Shown here in pieces: positions 1-8,081 of a DNA stretch of 64,000 bases (positions within the stretch are counted from its first letter, which is position 1; the number at the start of each line of letters is the position of its first letter). This DNA comes from Patescibacteria group bacterium (lineage in GTDB: Bacteria > Patescibacteriota > Patescibacteriia > Buchananbacterales > UBA6539). The stretch covers positions 155,347 through 219,346 of the forward strand of contig JAVEXP010000001.1 in the NCBI GenBank assembly GCA_034003985.1, read 5' to 3'. The notes beneath the pieces were generated by a model. That model was not told the origin of the DNA. It did no database searches and saw nothing but the letters and a program-made list of their open reading frames with translations. Both the position numbers and the translations under genes were made by a program.

Positions 1-68
1 TGAGCTGGCGCAGCAGTTGGGATAAATTTAAGCCAGTTAATTATAAATCATAACCGGAGATCAACTAT

Positions 69-194
69 ATGGAATGTGAACAATGCGGTTTGCCGCTAGA
101 CGAGCAGACCAGCTGTCTTTGTGAAATGATAATCTGCTATCATTGTTGCAGTTGTGAATCTGGTTGTCGCTGCGGCTGTCACGAGCGATCATAA
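69..194 (+). CDS. Cys-rich 41-aa micropeptide, metallothionein-like
   Basis: Hand translation MECEQCGLPLDEQTSCLCEMIICYHCCSCESGCRCGCHERS (11 Cys); GGAG at 56-59; terminator follows; not in ORF track. Confidence 0.7.
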   Translation: MECEQCGLPLDEQTSCLCEMIICYHCCSCESGCRCGCHERS

Positions 195-214
195 CTTATC
201 AGTTATCGGTGTAA

Positions 215-241
215 AAACCCAGCCTTTATAAGGCTGGGTTT
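215..241 (+). terminator. Intrinsic terminator, possibly bidirectional
   Basis: AAACCCAGCCTT-tat-AAGGCTGGGTTT perfect 12-bp stem. Confidence 0.75.
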
Positions 242-250
242 AGGTTTAGC

Positions 251-278
251 TTGTCTTTTTTTGGCAGAGTGATAAACT
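251..278 (+). promoter_or_regulatory. Putative sigma70 promoter for structured RNA
   Basis: TTGTCT-16 nt-TAAACT with extended TGn -10. Confidence 0.45.
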
Positions 279-284
279 ACAGAT

Positions 285-838
285 AACTGGTTTTTGACTT
301 TGACTCAAGTAACAAAGCGAGCGACAAGGTGCCTTTGCGAAGGCAGGGAAGAACGGTCGCGATGTGGCGGTCAGAAGTCAGCCAGCTTGTTAGCCGGCAA
401 CAGTGTTTAAGCGCAAGCTTAACCAATCAGAGTCAGCCGGTTGGCATGGCAAAACGAAGCGCAATTAGGAGAACGAACCATGAAAACCTTCGGCGCCGCG
501 GCAAACACCCGCGGCACCCCAACCAACACGGAGGCCGCGATCAATTAGGGCGGCGAGAAGAATATAGGCTAAGTAGACGGCTAGGTCTAACGCTCGCAAG
601 GTGCTGATCCCACCAATGGCCGTTAAGCGTTGCCTGCCCTCCCAGGTGACCAGTTCCTTTTTCATTCCTCAAACGGCGTTAAGCCAGCGCCGCAGTGTTG
701 TCGGCCCGGTGGCTGACAGCAAAGTAGGTAACCACGCAAGGGTATCCCGATTCCGGGTGGGGATACTTAAGACAGTCAGGCCCGGGCTAGCCTGACATTT
801 TTCCCGGCTGAGAGCCTCTTCCCCTCTCAGTTTTTTTT
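285..838 (+). ncRNA. Large structured non-coding RNA, family unknown
   Basis: GC-rich with no credible ORF; more than 12 hairpins including a GCAA tetraloop; long-range 285-291/649-655 pairing; ends in stem plus T8. Confidence 0.6.
808..838 (+). terminator. Intrinsic terminator
   Basis: CTGAGAG/CTCTCAG stem followed by TTTTTTTT. Confidence 0.75.
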
Positions 839-855
839 ATCCCCAGGAAGAGGGC

Positions 856-907
856 TTGACACCATAATGGTTTAGTATTAATATATTAATATAGTAATAC
901 ATTAATA
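856..907 (+). promoter_or_regulatory. Promoter with tandem 8-bp operator array for TrpR-like repressor
   Basis: TTGACA-17-TAATAT overlapped by TATTAATA TATTAATA TAGTAATA CATTAATA (876-907). Confidence 0.65.
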
Positions 908-909
908 CA

Positions 910-1212
910 ATGAAGAAAGTCAACCAAGTCAAAAATCAATGGCAAACCAAGGAAACGGCCCAGTTATTTAAGGCCATCGCCAAAATTGGCACTACTCGTC
1001 AGGCCGAGCAATTTATTCGTGACCTGTGTACCTTGGACGAAATTTATGAAATGGCCAGACGCTGGCAGGCAGTCAGAATGATTAATCAAGGCAAGTCCTA
1101 CCGAGAAATCGCCGCCAAGACCGGGTTAAGCACCACCACCGTTACCCGGGTAGCTTACTGGCTAAATTACGGCGAGGGTGGTTATCGGGCCATTTTGAAG
1201 AAAACAAAATAA
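910..1212 (+). CDS. YerC/YecD family TrpR-like repressor (HisR-like)
   Basis: DLCTLDEI..MARRW and SYREIAAKTGLSTTTVTRVA..L.YGEGGY signature. Confidence 0.9.
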   Translation: MKKVNQVKNQWQTKETAQLFKAIAKIGTTRQAEQFIRDLCTLDEIYEMARRWQAVRMINQGKSYREIAAKTGLSTTTVTRVAYWLNYGEGGYRAILKKTK

Positions 1213-1214
1213 TT

Positions 1215-1274
1215 ATGAGGAATCAGATACAAACCACTAATCATCAGCAAATTACCTGGCCAGAGTCGAGGTGA
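1215..1274 (+). CDS. Putative attenuator leader peptide (19 aa)
   Basis: MRNQIQTTNHQQITWPESR; its 3' end is complementary to the downstream terminator. Confidence 0.55.
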   Translation: MRNQIQTTNHQQITWPESR

Positions 1275-1305
1275 TTTGACATTGTTTAATTCAATTTCAG
1301 CTTAC

Positions 1306-1327
1306 CCCGCCTCTGGCGGGATTTTTT
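1306..1327 (+). terminator. Attenuator terminator upstream of hisI
   Basis: CCCGCC-tct-GGCGGG-ATTTTTT; competes with 1259-1274/1302-1317 pairing. Confidence 0.7.
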
Positions 1328-1347
1328 GTGGATCTTTTCACTAACCA

Positions 1348-1722
1348 ATGGAGGGCACAAAGATGCCAAAGTATCGATTGGATGAAGACTGGCAGGTTGA
1401 TTTCGGCAAGCTTGGCGGATTGGTGGCGGTAGTCATTCAGGATTGGCGGACCAATCAGGTGCTGCAGCAGGCTTTCATGAATCAGGAAAGCTTTCGGCGC
1501 ACTCTTGCTACCGGTGAGATCTGGCTGTGGTCGCGCTCCCGCCAGAAACTGTGGCACAAGGGCGAAACTAGCGGCAATGTTATGCTCGTCAAGGAGCTTT
1601 GGCTGGATTGCGATGGGGATTGCGTTTTGGCCAAAGTTAAAGTGCTGGGCAATGCCTTGGCCTGCCACGAAGATCGTCGGTCTTGTTTCGCCCGGCGCTT
1701 GAAAAAGCAAACCGGCAAGTAA
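1348..1722 (+). CDS. hisI: Phosphoribosyl-AMP cyclohydrolase
   Basis: WSRSRQKLWHKGETSGN, DCDGD, ACH...SCF motifs; true start may be ATG 1363. Confidence 0.92.
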   Translation: MEGTKMPKYRLDEDWQVDFGKLGGLVAVVIQDWRTNQVLQQAFMNQESFRRTLATGEIWLWSRSRQKLWHKGETSGNVMLVKELWLDCDGDCVLAKVKVLGNALACHEDRRSCFARRLKKQTGK

Positions 1723-1845
1723 CTGAGTGCTAGTCACAGCAATTCAATCAGAGCGAGAAGGCTATTGGCTTGACCGACCGTTATCGAGCGTGTTAACTTT
1801 GGTTGAGGCAAAACTTCAACGCGGTGATCCGAAGAGGAGTAAGAT

Positions 1846-2751
1846 ATGAAAGCCAAAGGATGCAGATTGATCGTCCCGGACGGTTCCTTAATGGACACCG
1901 TTCATCAGTTGTTGGCCGAAGCGGATTGCCCGGTTAGTTATCCCAGCAGCCGGGCTTATCGCGGAATCATTGCCAATCACCGGCTTTTCCCGCCGCCTTT
2001 TCATCTGGTTCACCGGATGCGGCCGTGGGATTCACCGTTGGTGGTAGCCGCGCAACGAGCGGAATTGGCGTTTACCGGCCAAGATTTGATTATCGAAGCC
2101 GGTTGCCAGGATCAGGTGGTGGTCCTGGACAAGTATCCGCTTTCGCGGGGTGGCGTTGGTTTTACCAAGTTGGTGTTGGCAGTGACAAGCGATTCTTTGA
2201 TCAAATCGGTGACAGATCTTGGTCCACAACACCAGGTGGCTACCGAATACCCCAACTACGCGCGGCAGTGGCTGGCGGCCAAGGGTGTTAATCCTCGGAT
2301 TGTCTGCTGCCACGGTTCGTTGGAAGCTTTTGCCGACTTCGCCGACGCGATTTTTGAGAATACCGAAACCGGGACTTCGTTGAAAGTCGGCGGGTGGCGG
2401 ATCATTGAAGATCTACCCAAGTCGCAGACTTGCTTGATTACTTATTCGCAAGCCTTGGAAGATGAAGTTCAGAATGCCATCATCCAGGAATTTCGGATAT
2501 TGCTGAATGCGGTCATGGCGGCGCGTGGCCGAGTGATGATCAAGTGCAATGTCAGACCCGAGAACTGCACCAGCATCGCGGCGCTGTTGCCTTCGGCCGG
2601 CAGGCCAACAATGTCACCGTTGTTCGGTAATGACGGCTTTGCCTTGGAGGCAGTTGTGATGCAGTCGGATGTCGAAAGCCTGCTGCCGGCGCTGAAAAAA
2701 GCCGGTGCGACGGCGATTGTAGTCCATAATATCGACAAATTCTTGCCCTAA
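1846..2751 (+). CDS. hisG: ATP phosphoribosyltransferase, long form, divergent
   Basis: PDGSL, FTGQD, VATEYP, ADAIFENTETGTSL, C-terminal PTMSPL...LKKAGA regulatory domain; SD GAGGAG. Confidence 0.88.
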   Translation: MKAKGCRLIVPDGSLMDTVHQLLAEADCPVSYPSSRAYRGIIANHRLFPPPFHLVHRMRPWDSPLVVAAQRAELAFTGQDLIIEAGCQDQVVVLDKYPLSRGGVGFTKLVLAVTSDSLIKSVTDLGPQHQVATEYPNYARQWLAAKGVNPRIVCCHGSLEAFADFADAIFENTETGTSLKVGGWRIIEDLPKSQTCLITYSQALEDEVQNAIIQEFRILLNAVMAARGRVMIKCNVRPENCTSIAALLPSAGRPTMSPLFGNDGFALEAVVMQSDVESLLPALKKAGATAIVVHNIDKFLP

Positions 2752-2795
2752 GCGGCCCAATTGGCCGAGTGGGCAGAAACGACTGTTGGACGAAG

Positions 2796-2829
2796 CGGAA
2801 ACCTACTTTACGGGTTTCCGTCTTTTTTT
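2796..2829 (+). terminator. Terminator after hisG
   Basis: CGGAAACC/GGTTTCCG stem plus T-tract. Confidence 0.7.
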
Positions 2830-2849
2830 ATTCATGCTATAAAAAGATC

Positions 2850-3302
2850 ATGAATTTAAATGACAATTACCGTCAAAGTAACCGCATTACTTCAGTTAAA
2901 GTTGAGGTTGGCGACTTGGCAATCAAATTAACGAATGATTTGCTGGCTTGTGTTGAGACTAATCAGCGCCAAAATTTGGGAGAACAATTATTGGATGAGC
3001 TTTGTGACAGCGCCAAAATCGATATTGTCAAACTGAAAATATCAGACACCAGGCAATATCATAAACGGCGCGGCCGCCGGATTGTTTTCAAGCAATATGG
3101 CTATTATCGCGATAAATACATTTATATTCAAAACCGGACCCCGGCGCGCGGCCAGCTAGTGGCGCCGAAAACTTTTTTGGACACCCTGTTGCACGAATGG
3201 TTGCATCATTATGATACTTACGCCTTGGGACTTAATTCCATTCATACTAAGGGATTTTATGAGCGGTTGAAAGATCTTAGAAATCGTTTGAGGGTTACCT
3301 GA
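2850..3302 (+). CDS. HExxH zinc metallopeptidase-like (SprT/WLM-like) protein
   Basis: TLLHEWLHH...HTKGFY; start moved to ATG 2850. Confidence 0.65.
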   Translation: MNLNDNYRQSNRITSVKVEVGDLAIKLTNDLLACVETNQRQNLGEQLLDELCDSAKIDIVKLKISDTRQYHKRRGRRIVFKQYGYYRDKYIYIQNRTPARGQLVAPKTFLDTLLHEWLHHYDTYALGLNSIHTKGFYERLKDLRNRLRVT

Positions 3303-3337
3303 TATTATTGCTAAAGATATTTTGAAGATTCAATGTT

Positions 3338-4351
3338 TTGTGGTATAATTCAAAAGAAATGACCACTAAAAAATTGCATCAATTCATTGAATATCTGAGT
3401 CAGCAAAATTTGGTTTGGGCGCCTCAGAAACAAAATGGCCAGCTGGTCATTTCTCAAGTCAGCAGTCCTGAAGAGGTCGTTTTAACTAATGAGTTGCCAT
3501 TGCATTCGTTTAAAAAAATATTGGTGCCGCCGCAGGAGGCGCTTTTTAGTTATCAAAGAGGCAGAATCAAGGCTAAAATCGAGTCTCCTTATCAGGTGAT
3601 TTTTGGTTTAACCGTGCCGGATTTGAAGGCCGTAATATATTTGGATCAGGTGTTTGCCAAGGATCCTTACTATCAGGCTCGGCGCAAAAAAACTTTAATC
3701 GTCGGTCATAGCTTGGTGCCGGAAGCGGATTATCAATTTTTCATTGAGAAGTTCAGTGAAGATATTTTAGAGCATTTGAAGTTTGATATTTTTTTGGCCA
3801 TTCAGAAAAACCAGAAAAATTTTATCGTTTATACCGGATCAGAAGACGGTCAGCGGATTTTGGATGATTTTGGCTATAAATTATACGAACACATTGAATA
3901 TGTCGGGCCAATCAAAGAAGAGGGTCCCGACAAACAGATGCTGGAGATTAGAAGAAAGTTTTATGATAATCCGAAAATTTGGCAGGATTTGGCCCAGCGC
4001 TGTATTGAGTGCGGAAAGTGCAGTCTGGTTTGCCCGACTTGTTTTTGTCATGACCTTATTGACCAACCGGAGCTGGGTGAGGGTAACGGCACCAGAAATC
4101 GGCAATGGACCGCTTGCTTTTACGCTAATTTTTCCGCCGTGGCCGGTCGTGAATTGGGTAGCGGCAAGCCAAAATTTTTAAATAATACGGAGCAACGGAT
4201 CAGGTTTTGGTATGAACATAAATTTGTCAGGTCGGTTGACGAATTTGGCATTTCTGGCTGTGTCGGCTGCGGGCGCTGTACCAAAGTCTGTCCGGTGGCA
4301 ATTGACATTAAAAAAACTTTACAAAAAATTTTAAAAGGTGAAATTGAATGA
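3338..4351 (+). CDS. hydB: Group 3b hydrogenase/sulfhydrogenase beta subunit (4Fe-4S dicluster, AsrA-like)
   Basis: CIECGKCSLVCPTCFC and GCVGCGRCTKVCP; true start may be ATG 3359. Confidence 0.85.
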   Translation: MWYNSKEMTTKKLHQFIEYLSQQNLVWAPQKQNGQLVISQVSSPEEVVLTNELPLHSFKKILVPPQEALFSYQRGRIKAKIESPYQVIFGLTVPDLKAVIYLDQVFAKDPYYQARRKKTLIVGHSLVPEADYQFFIEKFSEDILEHLKFDIFLAIQKNQKNFIVYTGSEDGQRILDDFGYKLYEHIEYVGPIKEEGPDKQMLEIRRKFYDNPKIWQDLAQRCIECGKCSLVCPTCFCHDLIDQPELGEGNGTRNRQWTACFYANFSAVAGRELGSGKPKFLNNTEQRIRFWYEHKFVRSVDEFGISGCVGCGRCTKVCPVAIDIKKTLQKILKGEIE

Positions 4352-5166
4352 TTAATCCGTATTTGCCAAAATTTGTTAAGATTAAGGCAATCCGAACGGA
4401 AACTTCCGACACCAAACTTTTTACTTTTGAGTTTGTTGACGCCAAAGATCGTCGTAATTTTTCTTTTGAACACGGTCAATTTATGATGGCTGGTATGCTT
4501 GGTGAGGGCGAAGCGGCTTTTGATATTTGTTCTTCCCGGGCGGATTTACAAAAATTTGATTTGGCGATTCGCCAAGTCGGGAGATTGACTGCCAAATTGC
4601 ATCAGCTGAAAGTTGGAGATCAAATAACAATCCGTGGGCCGTTTGGCAATGGTTTGCCTTTAAATAACTTCAAGAATCGCGATTTATTATTAATTGGCGG
4701 CGGCTGTGGTTTTATCACCATGAGATCGTTTGCTTTGGATTACTTAGCGGGAAAATTGGATATTGGTAAATTGAATATATTTTACGGTTGCGCCAATGAA
4801 GAACGCTTGCTTTTTAAAAAAGAATATAAAAGCTGGCGCAAAAAGGTTGGCTTGGAAATCGCCTTGGACAAGCCGTCAAAAAATTGGCAAGGTAAAATGG
4901 GGACAATTACTTCTTTGTTTAATTCCAGCCAAGATTTTACTGGTGCCGTGGCATTGATGGTTGGACCGCCGGCGATGTATAAATTTGTAATTGAAGAATT
5001 GCAGGACAGAGGTATTAAAGACGAGGACATTTATTTGTCATTGGAGCGCCGAATGTATTGTGGTATTGGAGTCTGTCAGCACTGCGCCATTGGCCCGTAC
5101 TATGTTTGTAAAGACGGCCCGGTTTTTTCTTGGGCGCAGCTGCGGGGAATTCCTAACGCCATTTAG
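4348..5166 (+). CDS. hydG: Group 3b hydrogenase gamma subunit, FAD/NAD(P)-binding 2Fe-2S (AsrB-like)
   Basis: GQF, RGPFGNG, GGGCG, GPPAM, ERRMYCGIGVCQHC...VCKDGPVF. Confidence 0.88.
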   Translation: MINPYLPKFVKIKAIRTETSDTKLFTFEFVDAKDRRNFSFEHGQFMMAGMLGEGEAAFDICSSRADLQKFDLAIRQVGRLTAKLHQLKVGDQITIRGPFGNGLPLNNFKNRDLLLIGGGCGFITMRSFALDYLAGKLDIGKLNIFYGCANEERLLFKKEYKSWRKKVGLEIALDKPSKNWQGKMGTITSLFNSSQDFTGAVALMVGPPAMYKFVIEELQDRGIKDEDIYLSLERRMYCGIGVCQHCAIGPYYVCKDGPVFSWAQLRGIPNAI

Positions 5167-5169
5167 CCT

Positions 5170-5694
5170 ATGGTGGTTTCAACAAAACAGCCAAAAAAAG
5201 TAAAAGTCAACGATAAAATGCAACAGGGATATGTTTATGAATTAACCGTCAGTGAAGGTAAAAATTTTCATCCGGAATTTAAGCCGGAATTAACGCCTAA
5301 ACAGATGCTGGAATTGGGAGTATTTGGCGGTAAATATTTGAATGATTGCCAAAAAGAATTTCCCAAATCCTGGTTTAAGCGGGCGAAACTGGCCAAACGC
5401 CATAAAAATCTTTCCTTGAATTATTTTAAAGTTGATGCGTCATTGCCGTTGAAGGAGTGGCAGCGTAAAGGCTGGATTTATAAAGACGATCCCCGCGGGT
5501 GGTTTCAATGGTATTGCCGTTATTATCTGGGCAGAAGATTGGATCAAGAAGATTGGCGGCAAATTAAGCGCTGGAAAGCAATTAGGCGCCATATCGGGGC
5601 GATTAAGAATAATTGTTTTCAAGGCGATTTAAACTGTCGGGCGCGCCAACGCCAGGCATTATTGCACTGGGCGTATGACAGCCGAAGGATATAA
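5170..5694 (+). CDS. Conserved hypothetical protein (LTPxQMLELGVFGGKY / DPRGWFQWYCRY family)
   Basis: Recognisable widespread family of unknown function; tightly packed in the operon. Confidence 0.75.
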   Translation: MVVSTKQPKKVKVNDKMQQGYVYELTVSEGKNFHPEFKPELTPKQMLELGVFGGKYLNDCQKEFPKSWFKRAKLAKRHKNLSLNYFKVDASLPLKEWQRKGWIYKDDPRGWFQWYCRYYLGRRLDQEDWRQIKRWKAIRRHIGAIKNNCFQGDLNCRARQRQALLHWAYDSRRI

Positions 5695-5710
5695 ATAATC
5701 AGTTATAATA

Positions 5711-6103
5711 ATGAAACCTAAAATATTTATCATTTTCATTATGCCGGTTCTGACTTTGATTTTGGTTGGTTGCAGTTTTAAAGAAGAATACGCCATGCAA
5801 TATACAATTGTTGACCAGGCTGGTATTGAAACTAAAGTAACAGCGACTGATGATGGCGTTAAATTGGAGATTCCTTTTGCTGATTTTACTTGCGATATTA
5901 AAAGCGTTAAGGCAACGCTTGAAAGAAATGAAAGTATTTTTTCGGTTTTTATCCAGGGTAATGAAACCCCAGCGCGCTGTAGCCAAAAATTTAGCGCCGA
6001 TATTAATGGGGTTTCGCCCGGAAGTTATCAACTTAAAGTTTATTATCAGCGAGGGGAAGAAAAGCAAGTAGTTTTAGTTGAAGATTTTCAGGTAACCCAA
6101 TAA
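5711..6103 (+). CDS. Putative lipoprotein
   Basis: Signal peptide with LVGC lipobox. Confidence 0.7.
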   Translation: MKPKIFIIFIMPVLTLILVGCSFKEEYAMQYTIVDQAGIETKVTATDDGVKLEIPFADFTCDIKSVKATLERNESIFSVFIQGNETPARCSQKFSADINGVSPGSYQLKVYYQRGEEKQVVLVEDFQVTQ

Positions 6104-6108
6104 TTAAA

Positions 6109-6312
6109 ATGTGCCTAACAGTACCGCTAGAGGTCACTAAAATCAAAAAACAGACAGCGGAATTGGCTGACGGGCGAGTGGTTAATATCAGTTTGGTCAA
6201 AGATGTTGAGGTTGGTGATTGGATTTTGGTTAATGCTAATTTGGCACTAGCCAAAATCACCGTGGAGGAAGCCAGGGAAATTATTGAGTTGTTAGCAATT
6301 AATAAAAAGTAA
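6109..6312 (+). CDS. hypC: HypC/HybG/HupF hydrogenase chaperone, divergent
   Basis: MCLTVP N-terminus, VGDWILV, EEARE; conserved His replaced by Asn. Confidence 0.85.
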   Translation: MCLTVPLEVTKIKKQTAELADGRVVNISLVKDVEVGDWILVNANLALAKITVEEAREIIELLAINKK

Positions 6313-6315
6313 AAT

Positions 6316-7269
6316 ATGGAAACTAAAACAAAATTATTTAATTTTGAGCGACAGCGGATTGGAATAATATTGGTATTGCTAACCGCCTTAATTTCCGGTG
6401 TGGCTAATTTTTTCAATAAATTTGCCATGCAAATTCTAGCCAAAGATGCTTTTCAATATACTGCTTTGAAAAATATAGTAGTGGCCTTGGGTTTGAGTTT
6501 AATTTTATTGTCACCATTGGTGTTGGGGAAATTAAAAAAAATTCAAAAAACTGACTGGCTTAAATTAATCATCATTGGCTTAATTGGCGGCGGTATTCCG
6601 TTTTTGTTGTTTTTTAAAGGTTTGAGCTTAACCAGCGCGGTCAGCGCCAGTTTTATACACAAAACTTTATTTGCGTGGGTTGCTATTTTAGCCTGGCCAG
6701 TCTTGAAAGAAAAAATAGGTAAATGGCAATTTCTGGCTTTGGGGCTGCTGCTGATTGGCAATTTTGTTTTTTTGGATTTTCGAAATTTGCGCTGGGGAGT
6801 CGCTGAAACCATGATTTTAATTGCCACCATTATGTGGGCGATGGAAACAATCGTTGTTAAGGCTACTTTAGCAAAAGTCGAACCAATAGTGGCGGCCTGG
6901 GCGAGGATGTTTTTTGGCTCAATATTTTTGTTTGGCTGGTTAATAATGACTAATAATGTCACTGGTTTGGGACAATTAGATTTAGACCAATTAAGCTGGC
7001 TAGTGGGCGTAGGCGTGTTGCTGTTGGGCTATGTAATTACTTGGTATAGCGGATTGAAACGATTATCCGCCCTAACAACCGCCAGTATTTTGGTTTTAGC
7101 TTCACCAATTACGACATTATTAAATTCAATATTTGTCAGTCATAGTTTCTCGGTTCAGAATTTTTGGAGCAGTTTGATTATTGCCTTCGGTGTTTCGGGC
7201 TTCATCGCCTTGGGATTTAAACAAAACAGTAAATCCAGTTATCAAATATTAGAAAACAGTAAATCGTGA
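6316..7269 (+). CDS. DMT/EamA family transporter
   Basis: About 10 TM helices; LFFKGL, LKEKI two-repeat pattern. Confidence 0.85.
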   Translation: METKTKLFNFERQRIGIILVLLTALISGVANFFNKFAMQILAKDAFQYTALKNIVVALGLSLILLSPLVLGKLKKIQKTDWLKLIIIGLIGGGIPFLLFFKGLSLTSAVSASFIHKTLFAWVAILAWPVLKEKIGKWQFLALGLLLIGNFVFLDFRNLRWGVAETMILIATIMWAMETIVVKATLAKVEPIVAAWARMFFGSIFLFGWLIMTNNVTGLGQLDLDQLSWLVGVGVLLLGYVITWYSGLKRLSALTTASILVLASPITTLLNSIFVSHSFSVQNFWSSLIIAFGVSGFIALGFKQNSKSSYQILENSKS

Positions 7270-8081
7270 TGTTGTTAAACGACCAAAAATTGGCCGGGGC
7301 TTTACTGGCGGCGCGCTATGCCTTTATGCCTAACCGTTTGAAATATTGCGGACCGGATAATAATGCGGAATTGTTTGGTTATCTTGCCAATCAAACCGCT
7401 GATTTGGGTTTAAAGGAGATGCTCCAGGAATTTCAAACAATGTTTCCTTATTTAAAGTTGATTGCCGAAGCAAACCATATTGCCGATCCGTTCAACTATC
7501 GGGTGGTTGAAGCTTATTGGATTGGTAATGAACTATTGGAGAAAGTCAGGATACAAAATTTTTATCGTTATCTGGTTGATGGCCAGCAATTGAAGAAAAA
7601 GTTTAAATTAAGTTCTTTGGAAAAACTTTTTGGCAAGATTCCTTTGGGCGCCAAGCCGCACCACAGTTTTCATGTTTTAAATGTTCCGAAGCGAACCGGG
7701 TATTATCCGGTTGAACATACTTTAAAAACCATCAACGCTTGTATTATCACGCCGGCGAAAATCAAGCGCTTGAATCTTGAATCATGTTCGGCTGAAGGTC
7801 GGGTTAAAAAAATCAAAGAGCAACGAAATATTTTAAAAAAGATTATGGTTGAAGCCAGGCCATTGGTGGCTGAGGGTAATTGCCTGGAAATCGGTGAAGC
7901 CAGGGAGCAGGAAGTTTTTGTTGAATCTAATAATCAGGCCTTGGTCAAAGGATTTAAAGTTGGTGATGATGTGGCATTGCATTGGAATTGGGTTTGTGAT
8001 TTATTGACGCCAAGCCAGGCTGAAAATTTGTTGAAGTGGAATAATTATAATTTAAAATTGCTTAATCTGAATTATGCCTAA
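7266..8081 (+). CDS. DUF6390 family protein (hydrogenase-associated)
   Basis: ARYAFMPNRLKYCGP, VVEAYWIGN, PHHSFHV, VALHWNWVC. Confidence 0.8.
   Translation: MMLLNDQKLAGALLAARYAFMPNRLKYCGPDNNAELFGYLANQTADLGLKEMLQEFQTMFPYLKLIAEANHIADPFNYRVVEAYWIGNELLEKVRIQNFYRYLVDGQQLKKKFKLSSLEKLFGKIPLGAKPHHSFHVLNVPKRTGYYPVEHTLKTINACIITPAKIKRLNLESCSAEGRVKKIKEQRNILKKIMVEARPLVAEGNCLEIGEAREQEVFVESNNQALVKGFKVGDDVALHWNWVCDLLTPSQAENLLKWNNYNLKLLNLNYA

Noticed and set aside
329-795. ORF-track ORFs 329-607, 465-665 and 601-795
   Set aside because: No SD or recognisable motifs and they overlap each other; the region is better explained as structured RNA.
285-838. RNase P, tmRNA or group I intron identity for the large RNA
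   Set aside because: No GAGGAAAGUCC and no tRNA-like ends. AAGAATATAGGC only loosely resembles the group I S element, with no matching R element or host exon.
1215-1274. Trp-sensing attenuator
   Set aside because: The single Trp codon abuts the antiterminator strand, so stalling there would block it; the downstream genes are his genes.
3338-5166. Anaerobic sulfite reductase asrAB
   Set aside because: No asrC is present and NiFe small and large subunits are in the same cluster.
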